From the NCBI RefSeq assembly GCF_009914755.1, contig NC_060944.1: 64,000 nucleotides of DNA; one strand, given 5' to 3'. Made by a program: the position numbers and the translations under genes. The notes under the pieces are model-generated. The model saw only the letters and a program-made list of their open reading frames with translations. It did no database searches and was not told the DNA's origin. The DNA is from the human T2T-CHM13v2.0 reference genome, Homo sapiens. This document shows positions 13,952 through 28,941 of the stretch, piece after piece (position 1 is the stretch's first letter; each line of letters begins with the position of its first letter).

Positions 13952-14580
<629 letters not shown>

Positions 14581-15869
14581 TATTTCGTCTCTGCCCACAA
14601 ATCCTCCTCACCCTCCTTTTTAGCTACTCTGTGCTCGCTCTAAATTTTCTTTTTTTTTTTTTTGAAAAACAAAGGCCAGCCGGACTTGTAGGCCCCTCTG
14701 CTCTCCCCTGCCTCGTTCCACTGGAACGAAGGAGACAAGGAAGAGGCAGGGGTGGGGAGACCAAGAGGAGGAAAAGTAAATACCTAAAAACCACACCTGG
14801 CTGCCATCAAAATAATAGCCAACATCCTCTCCATTCACCTCACACAAGCGGTGACATAGTTACTGCTATTATGCCCATTTAATAGATGGGGAAAACTGAG
14901 GCTCAGAGAGGTGGGTTACCTGCCCAGAATCACACAGCTCATAAACGGTAGATCAATGATTTACACCCAGGTCTGTCTAGGCCCCAGCTCCAAACCACCA
15001 TGAGATACCCCCGAATCGCCCCTTTGGTGTTCCTACTCTCTGTGAGAATTTTAATTTTTTTCCATTCTTGATTGTTCTCCTTTCTTTCCTGTGTATGTAT
15101 ATACAAACGTATTTTTAGCTATGCTAAGTAATTCTCTGCCATTCAAATAACATGAAATGTAACAGTAAAAATGTGAAAGCAATTTTTAAAGCTCAAAATA
15201 AGTGGCTGTGCGTTTAAAATAGTGAACATTTTCTAAGCTTATTCTAATATGACTCCCTTTAAGAGACTGTAATCTATGAAAAACCTTTGTTTATCAATAA
15301 AAGTTCCAATTCAGTTCTTTTTCACTTTGGAGAGAGTGAAAAACTAACTCATAAAATCATCATCTTGTTAATACTCTCCTCACCCTTACTAAAACACACA
15401 CACTCTCTCTCTGTCTGCCAAGTTATGGCAAAATCTCCATTGCACATGGCTTAGTTTTAATCCAACACTGCTATGTATAATAATGTTTATTTATTTTTGT
15501 AAGGGCAAAAAAAATTTAAACATTTTTACAAAAGTGAATGTTTCTCTTTGATTTTGCACTCTCTCCTATGTTTTCCTTTGTTTTTATTTCCCGATTTCAT
15601 TCCTTTGGTCACAAAAAAAAAAAAAAAAAAAATATGTATTTTTTGCCCAAGTGATTCTGGTCAATTTCGGTATCTTTTTCAGGGTTTTGACATTTGAGAA
15701 AACTTAATCTAGGTCAGGGAGTACCTGCTGCTGAAAAGAATCTTCTGGAATGCCATTTTGATTTGGTGTAACCTTTGTTAGCTAGTTCATGTCAAAGGTC
15801 ACTGAGCACATAGAGTGCGGGGGATGGCCAAGACCTAAACAAGGGAATACATGTCAAAAGCAATTTTCT

Positions 15870-16220
15870 GAAAGTGCCTGCCTCGACAAGCATGCCACCG
15901 GCCCGCGCAGTCCGGGGCTACAGAGCGCTCAAGACCTTTCCCTCGGGTGCTGAGGGAAGGATCCCCTATCAGAGATCTCCAAGGAAGGCCCCGCCTCCAC
16001 CTGCCCCTCCCGCAGGAGAGCGCTGCTGCAGAATCTGCCGCCTGGCCGGTGTTCACCCAGCGAACGAGTTCTGCTCCCAGCTCGTTTACTCATGAAATTA
16101 ACTGCTGCTTCGAAGGAACGGCAGTTCATGTCAAAAGCTGCACCTGAAATCTTTCACCTCTGCGTTTTCCTTCTACCTGTTTGCAATTCTCACGTTCGCC
16201 CCTCCCCCTCAACTCGAATG
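15870..16220. promoter_or_regulatory. Orphan CpG-rich patch, candidate enhancer
   Basis: About 21 CpG in ~350 bp of non-repeat GC-rich DNA (manual count), next to an AT-rich unique block. Confidence 0.45.
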
Positions 16221-16406
16221 CTGGGTTTGACCCCACTCCTAATATCTTCAAATCATTTTCATTGATAGGGCACCTTGTGTTGTAAAAACGGATTTACTTT
16301 TTAAATAGATAATTTTTATATTAGTCGATGTACAAATGTGCTAGAGAAAAAGAAAACTCCTTTCCCCCGTTCACTCCAGCCATGTGGTTGCCCTCCCCAG
16401 AGGCAA

Positions 16407-16492
<86 letters not shown>

Positions 16493-16500
16493 GTCTGTCT
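16407..16500. repeat. (TCTA)n/(TCTG)n STR forming the Alu tail
   Basis: About 20 TCTA units with one TC interruption, then TCTG units. Confidence 0.95.
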
Positions 16501-16792
16501 ATGTTTTTTGAGACAGGGTCTCGCTCTGTCGCCCAGGCTGGAGTGCAGTGGCACAATCATGACCCACTGCAGCCTCGACCTCCTGGACTCAAGTGATCCT
16601 CTCAGCTCAGCCTCCCAGGTAGCTGGGACCACGGCACGTGCCACCAAGCCCAGCTAATTTTTCTATTTTTTGTAGAGATGAGGTTTCGCCATGTTACTCA
16701 GGCTGGTCTCAAATTCCTGGGCTCAAGCAATCCACCCACTTTGGTCTCCCAGAGTGCCGAGATTACAGGCGTGAGGCACCATGCCCCGCCCA
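16501..16792 (-). mobile_element. AluJ
   Basis: GAGACAGGGTCTCGC...CAGCCTCGACCTCCTGGACTCAAG...TCCTGGGCTCAAGCAATCC. Confidence 0.92.
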
Positions 16793-16999
16793 GGCAATTA
16801 ATATTACCAGTTTTTTATACTTTTCCAAAGATGCTTTAGGGATATGTCAGCAAATATGTGCATATAGTCACTTTTCCTTCTTTTTACACAAGTGGCAGCA
16901 AGCTTTACTCATGGTCCATAGGACACTGGATGGTGTTCTTTGGGGCATCTTCCAGCAATGAGCTACTCTCTGCAATGCTTGGTGTACGATAATCCTAGC

Positions 17000-17220
17000 A
17001 GCTAACACCAGGGCTTTCTGAGCTAACACTAGGCTAAGCTTATCATGCTCACTTTCTCACTGAGTTCTCACCATAACTTAATGTGGTAGATAGTATTATT
17101 ATCTCTGCTTTGCAGATGGAGCAGAATTTAGAGAGACTCAGAGGCACATTTAAGTGACATAACACACAGCTGAGTGGAAGAGATGGGATTTGAACCCAGG
17201 TTGGCCTGACCAGAGAAATC
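17000..17220 (-). mobile_element. MIR SINE
   Basis: TATTATTATCTCTGCTTTGCAGATGG...GGGATTTGAACCCAGG. Confidence 0.7.
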
Positions 17221-17418
17221 TGAACTAATTTGTTTGTCTAGAGTTCAATTTCACTCTTATAGTATGCTATGTTAGGTTAGGTTTCATTATGTTTATTGAG
17301 CAGCTTCTATGTGCCAGGCACAGTGCCAAGGCCTGGAGATACAACAGTGAACAAGAGAGAGATGGTTCAGCCCACATACAGCCCATGATCTCTGTGGGAG
17401 ACAAACTTCAAACTAAGG

Positions 17419-17851
17419 TAGTGGGTTGAACAGAGTCCCCAATATTCATGTCCATCCAGAACCTCAGAAACAACCTTATTTGGAAATAGGTTTTGACAGA
17501 GGTTGTTAGTTAAGAAGAGATCATACTGGATTAGGAAGGGCTCTAAATCCAATGACTGGTGTCCTTCCTAGAAAAGGAGAGGACACACAGAAAGACACAG
17601 GGAAGAAAGCCATGTGAGGACGGAGGCAGAGATTGGAATGACACTGCTACAAGTCCAGTGACACCAGGAGTCACCAGGAATGGGAAGAGGCCTGGAAAGG
17701 ATTACCTCCTAGAATCTCAGGAGGGAGTGTGGCCTTGCTGATACCTGGTTGCAGATTTCTCGCCTCCAGAACAACGTGAGAATGAATTTCCGCTGTTTTA
17801 AGCCACCTGGGTTGTGGTCATTTGTTACAGCAACTCTCACAAAAAAATACA
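17419..17851 (+). mobile_element. MLT1C-like MaLR solo LTR
   Basis: AGTGGGTTGAA...CCTTATTTGGAAATAGG...CTAAATCCAATGACTGGTGTCCTT...TTTAAGCCACC...TTTGTTACAGCA. Confidence 0.85.
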
Positions 17852-17953
17852 GATGCTACACACACAGGTACATGGGTAAGATGCTACGAGGGATGAGAAC
17901 AGGAGGCCCCTAATTTAGGTTTGGGACAGGATGTTGGGGAGGGTGGTGTCTAA

Positions 17954-18426
<473 letters not shown>

Positions 18427-18429
18427 TAA

Positions 18430-18767
18430 TTTTCCACTTTCTAGGAGCCGCATTCAAAAAGATAAAAAGAAATGAGTGAGGTTAATTCTGTAAATTTAAT
18501 AAAATGATTTTACAAATAATTATTTAATATCATATAATTTAACAAATAATAAGTAATAAAGTTCATTTAACCCAATGTACCCAAAATATTATTTCGACAG
18601 GTAATCAATATAAAAATCCTTAGTGAGAATTTTACGTTCTTTCTTTTGTACTAAGTCTTTGAAATACAGTATGTTTTATACTTATAGCACAGTTCAATTT
18701 GGACCAGCCACATTTCCAGTGTTCAGTAATTGCATGTGGCTGGTGGTTACTGTATTGGACAGTACAG
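18430..18767. mobile_element. MER33 (hAT-Charlie)
   Basis: TTTAACCCAATGTACCCAAAATATT...TACTAAGTCTTTGAAAT...CATGTGGCTGGTGGTTACTGTATTGGACAG. Confidence 0.82.
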
Positions 18768-18832
18768 GTCTAGAAAATTCTAGTATTTTCCATGGCCCTT
18801 CACTTATGCCTTGAAATAAAAATAGTAGCCAA

Positions 18833-19118
<286 letters not shown>

Positions 19119-20040
19119 TAGTAGCCAACATTTATTGAGAGCTTGCTGTCTTCCAAGCACTGTGCAAAGGGATCTACATCCATTGTTCCAATATTCTCTC
19201 CTCTAATGAATTCCTAGTGATGAATGAATGCATTAGGGATTTCCTAACAGTAAGCCATTCAGCTTAGTACCTGGCAATATGAGATGGTTGTCCTATGGCA
19301 GACCAGATTCGTAAATCCTCACAAGCAGGAACAGACTCCAGCGATACAGCTCCTCAGATATTTACTGCTCATCCAAATGAGCCAGACAATGAGCTGGGCA
19401 CTCAGAGGTTTAAAGAAACAGCTTCTCTTAAAGAGGAGCACTCTACTGTCCAACCTCTGTCTAGTGAAAATCAGTAAAATGTCAAGACATTGTGGGGAGA
19501 CTTTAAGAAGTTCTTGCATCTGGACCAGGACCAGACAAATCGAGGCCACTTCCTAGAAATCATGGCAGATTCAAAATGAACACACACCTTAGGGTTATTA
19601 CTTTCAGGGATGTGGAAATGAATGTTTGGGGAAAGGTCTGGTTGAAACTAGAATCATCTTCCCAACAGCCTTCAGAGGGAAAGGAAGGGCTCAAGTGGAG
19701 AGACCACAGATTTGGGGAAAGAGGCACTAAAGTAACAACATTTCCCCCTCCCCTCCCCCTACCCAAATAAAGGTCCCCTGCGGTGTGGGGTGCAGGAAAA
19801 AGAGAGCTGGGAGATGAGAGAGGAGAACTGACATTGTGGGGCCCTGAAACCTGAAGGTCACTTTCTTCATCTTTCACAGCTCAACTTCCTTACCACTTCC
19901 TCCAGGAAGCCTTCCCTCCTGATCCCTGGTGGAGCTGGTGTTCCTCCTCTGGGCTCCCATGAGCTATATCCTTTTTCTAACTTAGCAGTTCTCTCCCAGA
20001 ATTATAATTGCCTGGTTTACTTGAGTGTTTCTCCCTAAAT

Positions 20041-20378
20041 CAGAGATCTGCAATTTTTTAAAAAATAAAGAACCAGATGATAAATATTTTAGGCCTTGCA
20101 GGTCTTAAAGTTTCTGTCACGACTACCGAATTCTGCCATTGTAGTGCAAAAGCAGCCACAGACAAAACAAAAACCAATAAGTGTGGCTCTGTTCCAACAA
20201 AACTTTGTGGACACTAAAATTTGAATTTCATATAATTTTCATGTGTTGCAAAATATTGTTCTTCTTTCTATTTTTTTTTCCTCAGCCATTTAAAATGTTA
20301 AAACTCCTTCTTAGCTTGTGGATTGTCCGAAAGTAGAGGACGGGTGGAATTTGACCCCTCAGCTATAGCCAATCCCAG
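20041..20378 (+). mobile_element. MER58B (hAT-Charlie)
   Basis: CCAGATGATAAATATTTTAGGC...GCAAAAGCAGCCACAGACAA...GGACACTAAAATTTGAATTTCATATAATTTTCA. Confidence 0.82.
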
Positions 20379-21125
20379 GTCGCAGACGTGAGCTCAGTGA
20401 GGTCCCAATCCAGATGCAACGGTGACTTTTAACCAATGAATTCCCAGCGAGCAAAGCCTCCCTAGAGTGGAACTTGACAAATAGTTGTTGAAGGACTAAA
20501 TTACAGAACTGTGGAGGTGATGGTTAGAGACATTAACTCGTCAGAAAAATATTAAGTTTGCAAATGGGTTTTATTTGCTCTAAAGTGTCATTGCTTTTTT
20601 TCTCCCCTGGCGAATGTTATGAAATGCTAATTAGCTCCCATCACAACCACGGTTCACAGATCTGTTTGATCTCCTTTGTCGGGGTGCGTACACAGCACCC
20701 TATATTGCAGACTAAAATAACTCAGCCCTGCCAGTGGAACCGCTGCTGTGTAGGCCGACACTGTCGGTCCAAGAGCGGGAGGCCCCGGAGGACCAAGGAG
20801 GGACCGTGGAACTTGCCAGAAGAAAGGAAAGAGACCTCAGAAAGATCCTGTTCCAAGGTCATGCTGCTGGACTGTTGGAGACCTTTCCCAAATGATAGAA
20901 AATCATTCGACTCACAGGAGGTGAAGATGCTGGGGTCCCCTGAAGGCAAAGTTTCCCTAACAGTGAGGGGCATGCACGGGGCAGAGCATACACTCACCTT
21001 TCCCTGGCAACACACCTCATGTCCCCTCAGGACATACGTGGAGTGTAGACAAGCAACCCGTCTTCTGCCCTTCTGACAAACTGGTGTATGGCACCATTTC
21101 CAAATCCCCACAGACCTCTGTGTAC

Positions 21126-21662
<537 letters not shown>

Positions 21663-23194
21663 TCTAGGGCAGTCATATCCTAAATGCAAGTCCTCAGACC
21701 ACCGTGAGCCTGCAATTCAGCTAGCCCTTGGCAGGATGAGGAAAAAAAAACAAAAAACAAAAAACAGAGCGAATCTTTTCTAGGGACACGTGATTGATGT
21801 GAGGAAATGTCTTTTTCCAGGCCATCTTATTTGTTAGCACAAACACGTCTTTTATGAAGTGCTGATGCTGAAGGATGTCCACCTTTTCTTTTTTTTGATA
21901 AATGTCAATCCACCCATTATTACTATTATTATTTAAAGTTTTACTGGAGTGAAACTCCAGAGTCCAGGAATGGCTGGACTAGACAACTGTAAAAAAGAAA
22001 TTGGATTTTCCATTCTTTCCCCTTAAAGATCTCTTGATCCCAGCGACTCCTAGTGATTTGCCTCAGTTTTCTCAACTGTAAAATGAAGATGATAATTGTG
22101 CCTGCTTCATATGGTTTTGGTTTTGGGGAAGAATAAGTGAGAAAATGCATTCAAAGCACTGGCTTGGTTTATATCCTAAAGATCCTTTGGCTTAGAGTCT
22201 GTGATTCACCCAGATTCATATAAACCCAGGATAAATGTTAAGGATTATTACTGATATCTTCCAACTTTGCAGGATACAGAAAAGTGTTGTTATCCCTGCC
22301 TTATCCTGTGGCTCCGTTTCTGGCAAGTTCTATGGTCTGCACACGTTATTCTCTGCAAAATAATATTAATACGAGGAACTTCCCTGAGTTGTCCCCAGGT
22401 TCTGCACTCAAGGAAGGCAGTTAACAGTGGAAATTTCTCCAGCAGTCTTTCTTCCCTGCACACTTGCCCACATACAGCTCAGCGTCCAGAATGAAAAGAG
22501 AGAGAGGCATAATTACCCATTCACATGTCTGTGCTGGCAGCACCCTTTAAAGACGGGTGTCATTCAAATGTCGACACCGCTAATTATGGGGTAGGGATCA
22601 TGAAAGTGGAGGGAAGCGGTGAGGTGGTCAGCCGGCCTCCCCGCCCTCCTTCCTTTTAAGTGCCCATTATGAAATATTTCTCTCTCAGCTGATTGAAAGC
22701 CCTGACAAGCTCCACCTCCAGCCGGCTTTCATGTTGGATGGCTCTGTGCTCCCCACCCAAGGGCCTCCCAGCTCCTCCCCTGCAGGCAGGAGAGAGGGGG
22801 TGCTGGGGTTGGCTGCTGGAGGTATCCTGGGAGACCCTCGGGGGCACCCGCCTTGCCACTCCTGGAGCCACCTGACATTTGGGGCTCACCCACATTTGCT
22901 GTTGGTAAAGCCAAACTTCTTGACTCTCAGAAGAGGAAGAGGAAAACAACACATTTAAGAAGCTATTTTTTAAAACAGGCATTTGAGACCTGAAATGGCT
23001 CCCCAAGTACCATGGTTTAGGGAGAAAACTATAAATGCGTCAGAAGTATACGGATTAGATTTTCCTCCTGCAAAGCCTCAAAAACAATCGGAAAGGCAAC
23101 AAACAAAATGCAGCTGGTCTGTCCTCAGCACTCAGCAGCTGAGAAATGCAGTCATTTTCAGAGCCAGTGGCATCCCTATCCCAGATGCTGCCAT

Positions 23195-23470
23195 CATTCA
23201 TTCATTCATTCATTGATTCAACTAATATTCACAGAACCCTACTGTGTGCCAACCGCTGGGCCAGGCATCGGGAATATAGAAAGCAAACCAAGCCTCGGCC
23301 CCTGTGGGGAGTCCTGTCAGGCTGGGGAGACAGGTGCCGTCCAGGTAAACCCGCGTGCTCCCCTGTGAGCAGTGCTGTGGGGAATCCAGCAGAGGAATTG
23401 AGAGATGCTGCGGGGGGCCTGTACTTGGGGGTTTGGCAAAGCTTCTCTGAGAAGGTGACATTTGACATTT
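23195..23470 (-). mobile_element. L2 3' end
   Basis: (CATT)n tail followed by AATATTCACAGAACCCTACTGTGTGCCA. Confidence 0.7.
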
Positions 23471-25063
23471 ATGACTTATGTCCCTTCCGTGCATACTAAA
23501 ATACAGAGTAGGGTCGGGAGAGATGGCACTGGAAATGAAGGAACCAGCTGGAAAGTCAGCCCAGGGCAGAACATGACTTTCTGGGCGCTTTTTATTAGTG
23601 TTTCCTCCCTGCCCTGTCAGAGTGTCGCGTATACTTTTTCAACACCCCCTAAACAAAAACTCCCTTCTGAGATTTTAACATTGGGGCTATCAGATCCCAA
23701 GTCAGCTTAGCTGTTTCTTCCTTGCTTGGGTTAGGTGGGTGAGATGGAGGGACAAGGGGCGTGGGCAGAGCAGACCTACTAGGTAGATGGAGGGTGGTCC
23801 TGGCTCGTGGGATGCTTTTGTCACCATTGCCCTGGTCCAGGCCTCCCAGCCTGGCCTGAGCTCTCCAGTCCCTCTGCCCCAAGCATCTCCCGACTCTCAT
23901 GAGAGCCCCGTGGGGCTGGCGCTTTACAGTTTGCACATGTCTCATTGGATCCACACACAAACCATGTAAAGCAGGGGCAATGGCCTCACTTTACCAAGGG
24001 GCAAGTGACAACTCAGCCAGGTGAAGTGACTTGCCCAAAGTCACCAAGCCTGCAAGTGGCACAGCCAGGACTCCGACTCGAGACTTCTGCCTCCATGTCT
24101 CATGCCCTCCTCACAGTTGCATCCTTCTCTGAAGCGGAGCCCACCGCAGGGTGAGATGTCTGAGGTCTGTGTGCCGGGATGTGCTCAGCCTTTTCCGAAT
24201 CTCAGCCTGGGTGAGCCGAATTCTTCCAGGGGGCAACCTGCCCGGGAAGTTGGGTCCAGAGCCCTTTACAGCCACAAGGCCAAGGCTGAAGGGACATAGA
24301 GGGCAGGTGAGAGGAGGTGACATTTGAAAGAGTCCTGGAAAAGGACATCCAGAGACAGAGACACACACAAGAGTATGGGAAAGTCTCCAGGGGCTGGAGA
24401 ACCTGCTGCAACTCTCCCTTCTCTCCAGCTTCAGGGCATGTAAATGTCATTCTCGTCCACCTGTTGGTGGAGCCATCCGTCCTTTGAGATGCAGAGTGTG
24501 TCTCCCAGGTCTTGCTGGGGTTACGGGGAAGGGCGTGCCTCTCTCTCTCCTGGTCCCCTCTAGCTGGGCTCCCTCTGGTGTCCAACTAAAGCGCCTCTTA
24601 TTGTCCATATTTGCTGGCCCTCAACTGGCGGCATCTGGCTGTGGAACCCAGACCCTTCCCTTGATTTCCAATTCAGGCTCCCACAAGGCCTCTGTGTTTG
24701 CTGCTGTTTACAGTTGATGGCTGAAAATTTAGGCAAAAACAGAGGGTCGCTCTGCTGCAACATGGGTGACTTCAAAAGAAAGAGTGTTCTGCCAAAAATT
24801 TATTTGCCATTTCTACCAGTTGGAGCCCCAGCTTCGTCCCCTGTCTCCCTCTCCTGGCTCTTCCCCGCCAGCTTTGTTTCTAAAACAGTTAAATCTAGCT
24901 AAGCCTAATCAATTCAAGTGTCTTGTCTTTCTGACACTTTCTTTGGGTACTGGCCTCTTCATCCTTGAATATTTATTGGGGTATTTTCCTAATTCCCAAT
25001 TATCTACCCTAGAAAAATTCTGACACACCTGCTGGGTTGAGAGAATTTTTCATTCTTCCACAT

Positions 25064-25278
25064 CAGGGGTTGGGGAACTGTTCTGTAATGGGTCATGCAG
25101 CAGGCATTTTAAGCTTGTGGTCCATAGAGTCTCACTCCAGCCGGTCAACACGTGCTGCCTTTGTAGGATGAATGCAACTATAAACAATATGGAAATGAAT
25201 GGATGAGTCTATGTTCCAATAAAACTTTATTTATAAAAACAGGCTGCTGGCCCAGGGGCTAGAGTTTGCAGATCCTTG
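25064..25278 (+). mobile_element. MER58A
   Basis: CAGGGGTTGGGGAACTGTTCTGTAA...TGTTCCAATAAAACTTTATTTATAAAAACAGG...AGTTTGCAGATCCTTG. Confidence 0.82.
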
Positions 25279-25463
25279 TTGTACATAATCAGCTACTTAG
25301 CTGAGGGGCATGGAAACCACTGAATCACCAGACAGGCCTCTCCTGGACTCCCATGGGGTGCCTCCTACTAGGTGCTGTGGGAGGGTAGAGAACATTTCTT
25401 AGAAGTCTGTTCACAATGACCCTGGCTTTGAAGCTGGGATAAGGTAAAGCCAGTGCCCACTTG

Positions 25464-25913
25464 TGTAGTGGGCTGAACAGTTTCCCTGCAAAATGCATGT
25501 CCATCTGCAACCTCAGAATATGGCCTGATTTGGAAATAGGATCGCTGCAGATGTAGATAAGGTAAAGATCAACATGAGATTATACTGGATTTGGGTGGTC
25601 TCTAAATCCAATGAGGGTGATCTTCTATAAGACCAAAAAGGACACACAGTGAGACAGAGAAAAGAAGGCCATGTGAAGGCTGAGGCACAGATGGGTATGA
25701 GGCGGCCACAAGCCAAGGAATGCCAGGAGCTACTGGGAGCTGGAGGAGGCCAGGAACAGATTCTCCCCTGGAGCCTTCAGAGGGACCGCAGCCCTGCCGA
25801 CACCTTGCTTTTGGACTTCTGGCCCCAGAAAACGCGGAGAGAGAATCCATTTCTGTTGTCTTAACCCACCCAGTTTGTGGTCATTTGTTACAGAAACCCT
25901 GGGAAACCAATAT
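25464..25913 (+). mobile_element. MLT1C-like MaLR solo LTR
   Basis: TGTAGTGGGCTGAA...TTTGGAAATAGG...GGCCATGTGAAG...CCACAAGCCAAGGAATGCCAGG...CAGTTTGTGGTCATTTGTTACAG. Confidence 0.87.
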
Positions 25914-26136
25914 GGCACGTGGGTATTGAAAATTGCCCAGTGTAATTCAGTTGAGTTCCCTTGAAAAGGAGAAGCAAAGATCTCCTCATGTGGATGTGTC
26001 AGTTCAGTGTGTTTTGGCCTCATAGGAACCATGAATCCGAGATAACGCTGTAGGGGTTTCAACTCCCTGGCGGTGGAACTCTGTTGATTTCTACTCTTGT
26101 TAAACGACTCTTTCGCAGTAATATGAAGCAATTTGG

Positions 26137-26336
26137 CCAATAGTCAGCCAACTTGCCCCCGTCTTAAGGGTAAGTAAGCCAGTGAGAAGGGGGCCCCTGG
26201 CTCTGACGTCACAGCCCAATGGGAGGGGGCCAATCAGAAGCAGGATCTCTGGCTGGACCATGAGAGGAGGGAAAGTGTGGGTCTTATGATGCTTCAGCAG
26301 ATGGTGTTGATGCCCAGAGCCCCGGCTTGCTCCAAT
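26137..26336 (+). promoter_or_regulatory. CRE plus multiple CCAAT (NF-Y) promoter-like module
   Basis: TGACGTCA 26204-26211; CCAAT at 26137, 26216, 26230 and 26332, all on the same strand. Confidence 0.45.
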
Positions 26337-28374
26337 CAGTTACTGGAGGAGAAAACTCCAAGTTGTTGACATGGAGACTTCAGACAGCCAAATCATGATC
26401 TAAAAGTGCAGGTACTGATGTGGATGGAAAATTCAGGGCCTTGGAGTCTGGGTTAAAATTATCCTTCCTTCAACTCAGTGCTACCTCAACCACAGGGAAC
26501 GGAGGAGATGCATTTTCCCAAAGGAAGGATGCTGGACGGACAGCATGCATCCATTACAAGGTGGAAACCATCGACACAGAAAGGGAAGGGCTAGGAGTAG
26601 ATCATGCTTTTTATAGCCCCCTGACCCCATGACAAACCCCTTCACACATTCCAACACACAAGCCTTTATTCACCCTGATTACCTCTAGCTTTGGACAGAG
26701 GGCAGGCCTTCACTGTGGCTGCACACAGGACCCAGTGTTTGTAACTGGGCTGCGAAATTCTTCACGTGGTATAAATCACCAGGGTTTAGTGGGTGCAAGC
26801 AACAGAAACTGACCAGCTGATGTAAGGAAAAGGGAATTTATTGGCAGGACACAGGGAACTCACAGGACTCTGTGAGCTCTTTAATGATGGCATCTGCCAT
26901 CTCTTTTGCGAGTCAAGAGGAGACCTTGCTGTTCTCCTGGTGAGTGGTCCCATCATCAGTGAGCTCTCTGGAACTTAATTTTCCCCTTACATGTAGTGTG
27001 TGGTTGTGGCCTCAGAGTTATGCATTGTGGGTTCACACTGCAAGGACGATAGTACTTGTTGCTTTTAGAGAGCCTCCCATCTGTTGCCCTCGGGTCATTG
27101 CCAATGTTGATAAAATCTCCCCAGAAAAGCCCAGGAAATGCTATTATTATACCACAGGCCTGGACCAAGGCAGAAGCAGGGCCTCCAAGCTGGCCTGGGT
27201 GATCTCTGCATGGTTCTGGGCTACCTTATGTTGAGATAGTTGAGTCCGTGTCTTCAACTACCAGGATCCTGGCAGAGCGTGGGCAATTATGACTTTTTGC
27301 CCAATTATATAATCTCCCTGGGGTGGGGAGTATGACCCCAAAAGCTTCCAAGACACCCTCAATGAAACCTTGGAGGGAATCTGTAACATTTGTTCCAACT
27401 TACCAGTGCTTTCCCGGGGCTCCTCAAGGACCTCATGGTCTGACTACTTTTTCCATGTAACTTTCAAAACACCTTTGCTAAAACAAACAGATGAAACTTG
27501 GCAGCATGCCTCGGTCACAGGGCTGAGCTGGTACAATTTTCTTTTTTTTTCAGTCTTCGAAAAACAGTTTTCTTCATCTTTCTAAATTTCAAAATCTTGA
27601 GTGACTTAGCCATTTGAGCAGGACACAGAATGGTGATGATTTTTATTTTATAGATGAAGAAAAATTAAACATTCAAAGGGGCTGTAACCTTCCCCTTCAT
27701 CAGAGAGCTTTGAGAGGATTCTCCGTGTCTCTCAGTTACAGTCTCCAAACCTCAACTTTGTCCATGGAAGCACACTCCTTCTCTACATAGATAATAATTT
27801 TTGAACCAAGTTGAAATCAAACCCCAGCAGATTTGAGCTTGTCCTGGGAAGAAGCAGTGGGAAAACGGTTTCCATGGGTACAGATTTTGACATTAGCAGC
27901 TGCAAATGTTCACCACCCCAAGATGACAAAACTCCAGTAACTTCAAAGCTGTTAAGCATAGCTTCAGGGCAAATTTTAATTAAATTTAGATAGCATATAG
28001 GAAAAGCATCTAATTTGTACTCTATAAAAGAGTTTGGGAAGCACAGCGCTGGAGCCTCAGGACTGTGGCTGTAACAATTATCTTGCAACTTTTCACAGCA
28101 GAATCACAACATGTTAATTTGTTAATGAGTCAGTCAGAGCAGAAGAGAGCTCCTGACAGCAGGGAGGAAAACATACAGATTCCATTTACATTTCTATTTT
28201 TAAATGAATTAAATGTTTCAAGTCAAACTCAAACTTCACGTGAAAGTTTAAATTCCTACTTTTTTTTCTAAACTCAGCATGGCTGCTGGATTAAGTATTA
28301 AGATTCTTGGGATTTCTTAGAGAGAACTAAGTGATTTCTTTATTTGAAGGTGGCTACAATTACATACCTGCTAA

Positions 28375-28702
<328 letters not shown>

Positions 28703-28941
28703 TGTTCTATGTTCTTTAGAAATGTATCCAGTGAGATAGAAAGATGTTCACAATATATTAGTGGGAAAATAAAGTTTAAGCCTTATGTATTACTGAAAGA
28801 GGCTTGGTAGTGGATATACATGCATAGGATAAAACGTGCAAAAACATAATCAAGAGTTTAATATTAGTTGTGTCTTAGAGGTATCAGGAATGATTCATTT
28901 TTCCTTTTATGCTTATTTCTACCATTCTAATTGTTCTAGTT

